A stretch of 63,950 nt of DNA, the filler included, from Reticulomyxa filosa (lineage: Eukaryota; Protista; Foraminifera): assembly GCA_000512085.1 (NCBI GenBank). It is 16 parts of 16 records of this genome, joined end to end, with 100 filler letters (N's around TTAATTAATTAA, not from the genome) between each part and the next. Parts side by side here need not be neighbours in the genome. Positions count along the whole stretch, not along the records: positions 62,694 to 63,950 come from ASPP01025965.1; 15 more parts are not named here. The stretch is one strand, 5' to 3'. How positions within the stretch are numbered: the first letter of the stretch is position 1; the number at the start of each line of letters is the position of its first letter. Positions 63,301 to 63,950 of this stretch are shown in pieces. The translations under genes and the position numbers were made by a program. The notes beneath the pieces were generated by a model. That model saw nothing but the letters and a program-made list of their open reading frames with translations. It was not told the origin of the DNA and ran no database searches.

Positions 63301-63923
63301 TTTGTTTTTTTTCTAAAGTTCGTTTTTGATGATGTAAAATGTAAGATATTGAACTTTTTTTCTTCTCAAGGGCAATGAAAGGGGTTTTCAAAATATTTTG
63401 TCAACCAAATAATTTTTTTATAAGTTTTTTGTCGTCTAATAAATACACGCTTTAATGCATCCTTTTGACAAAATATGTGTGAAATATGTATTTAAACCAT
63501 ACTCATAATTTTGTCACAAAACTATGGTAATATCACCTTGATTGTAATAATTTTCATTATTTTTGCATGCACAAATGATTTGTCGTTGTCTAATTGTATT
63601 TCCATTTCATTCTTTTTAAACTGTTTACAAGATTTCCTTTTTTACTACAATCTATATAAATTGATTAAAAATGATCAATCTTTTTGCAAGCTCTTACTTC
63701 ACAAAAGAGTATCTGTGAAAGCAAAAACAACAACCATTTTTAAAACACAACTTGCCACACACAAATTTTTCAATAATAAATTTTTTTTGGCCACAAATGC
63801 ACAACTTCTAAAAATTCTGTTTGATTTGATTGGTCAGACACTGAAGATGTGTTTTATCTTACTTTGTTGTTTAAAAGTATTGAAAAGCTGCATTTAATGT
63901 TTTAAAGGTTGAAAAACATAATA

Positions 63924-63950
63924 CAGTATGTTGCAAAGAAAACTGAACGC
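63924..63950 (+). mobile_element. Dispersed repeat, putative Tc1/mariner-type terminus (copy 3, cut by window end)
   Basis: TA|CAGTATGTTGCAAAGAAAACTGAACGC is identical to the start of copy 1. Confidence 0.5.

Overview
This window is not one locus. It is 16 unlinked contigs joined by 15 artificial 100-bp linkers (N44-TTAATTAATTAA-N44). Almost all contigs are AT-rich, intron-containing eukaryotic DNA with many homopolymer frameshifts. The gene families resemble the foraminiferan Reticulomyxa filosa or a related rhizarian (inferred from recalled family resemblance, not a search). Recognisable single genes: a RING-tipped kinesin-14 with a degenerate motor, a head-to-head pair of U6 snRNA genes, Cdc20/Fizzy, a PKA regulatory subunit, a DHHC palmitoyltransferase, SNW1/Prp45, LMBR1/LIMR, a Tubby-domain protein, a Sec66-like protein, a HAD phosphatase, an F-BAR+SBF2-like protein, a 7TM protein and an ankyrin-UBA protein. 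Expanded, partly decayed families are also present: RING/TRAF-zinc-finger-WD40, NACHT-HEAT (NLR-like), an RNF213-like AAA ATPase, a degenerate large repeated gene family and a midasin pseudogene. A dispersed TA|CAGT-starting repeat (Tc1/mariner-like end) occurs three times. One 1.4-kb contig (44409-45810) is GC-rich and bacterial in style, and carries a small hydrophobic peptide gene with a terminator. Exon boundaries were inferred by eye and are approximate.
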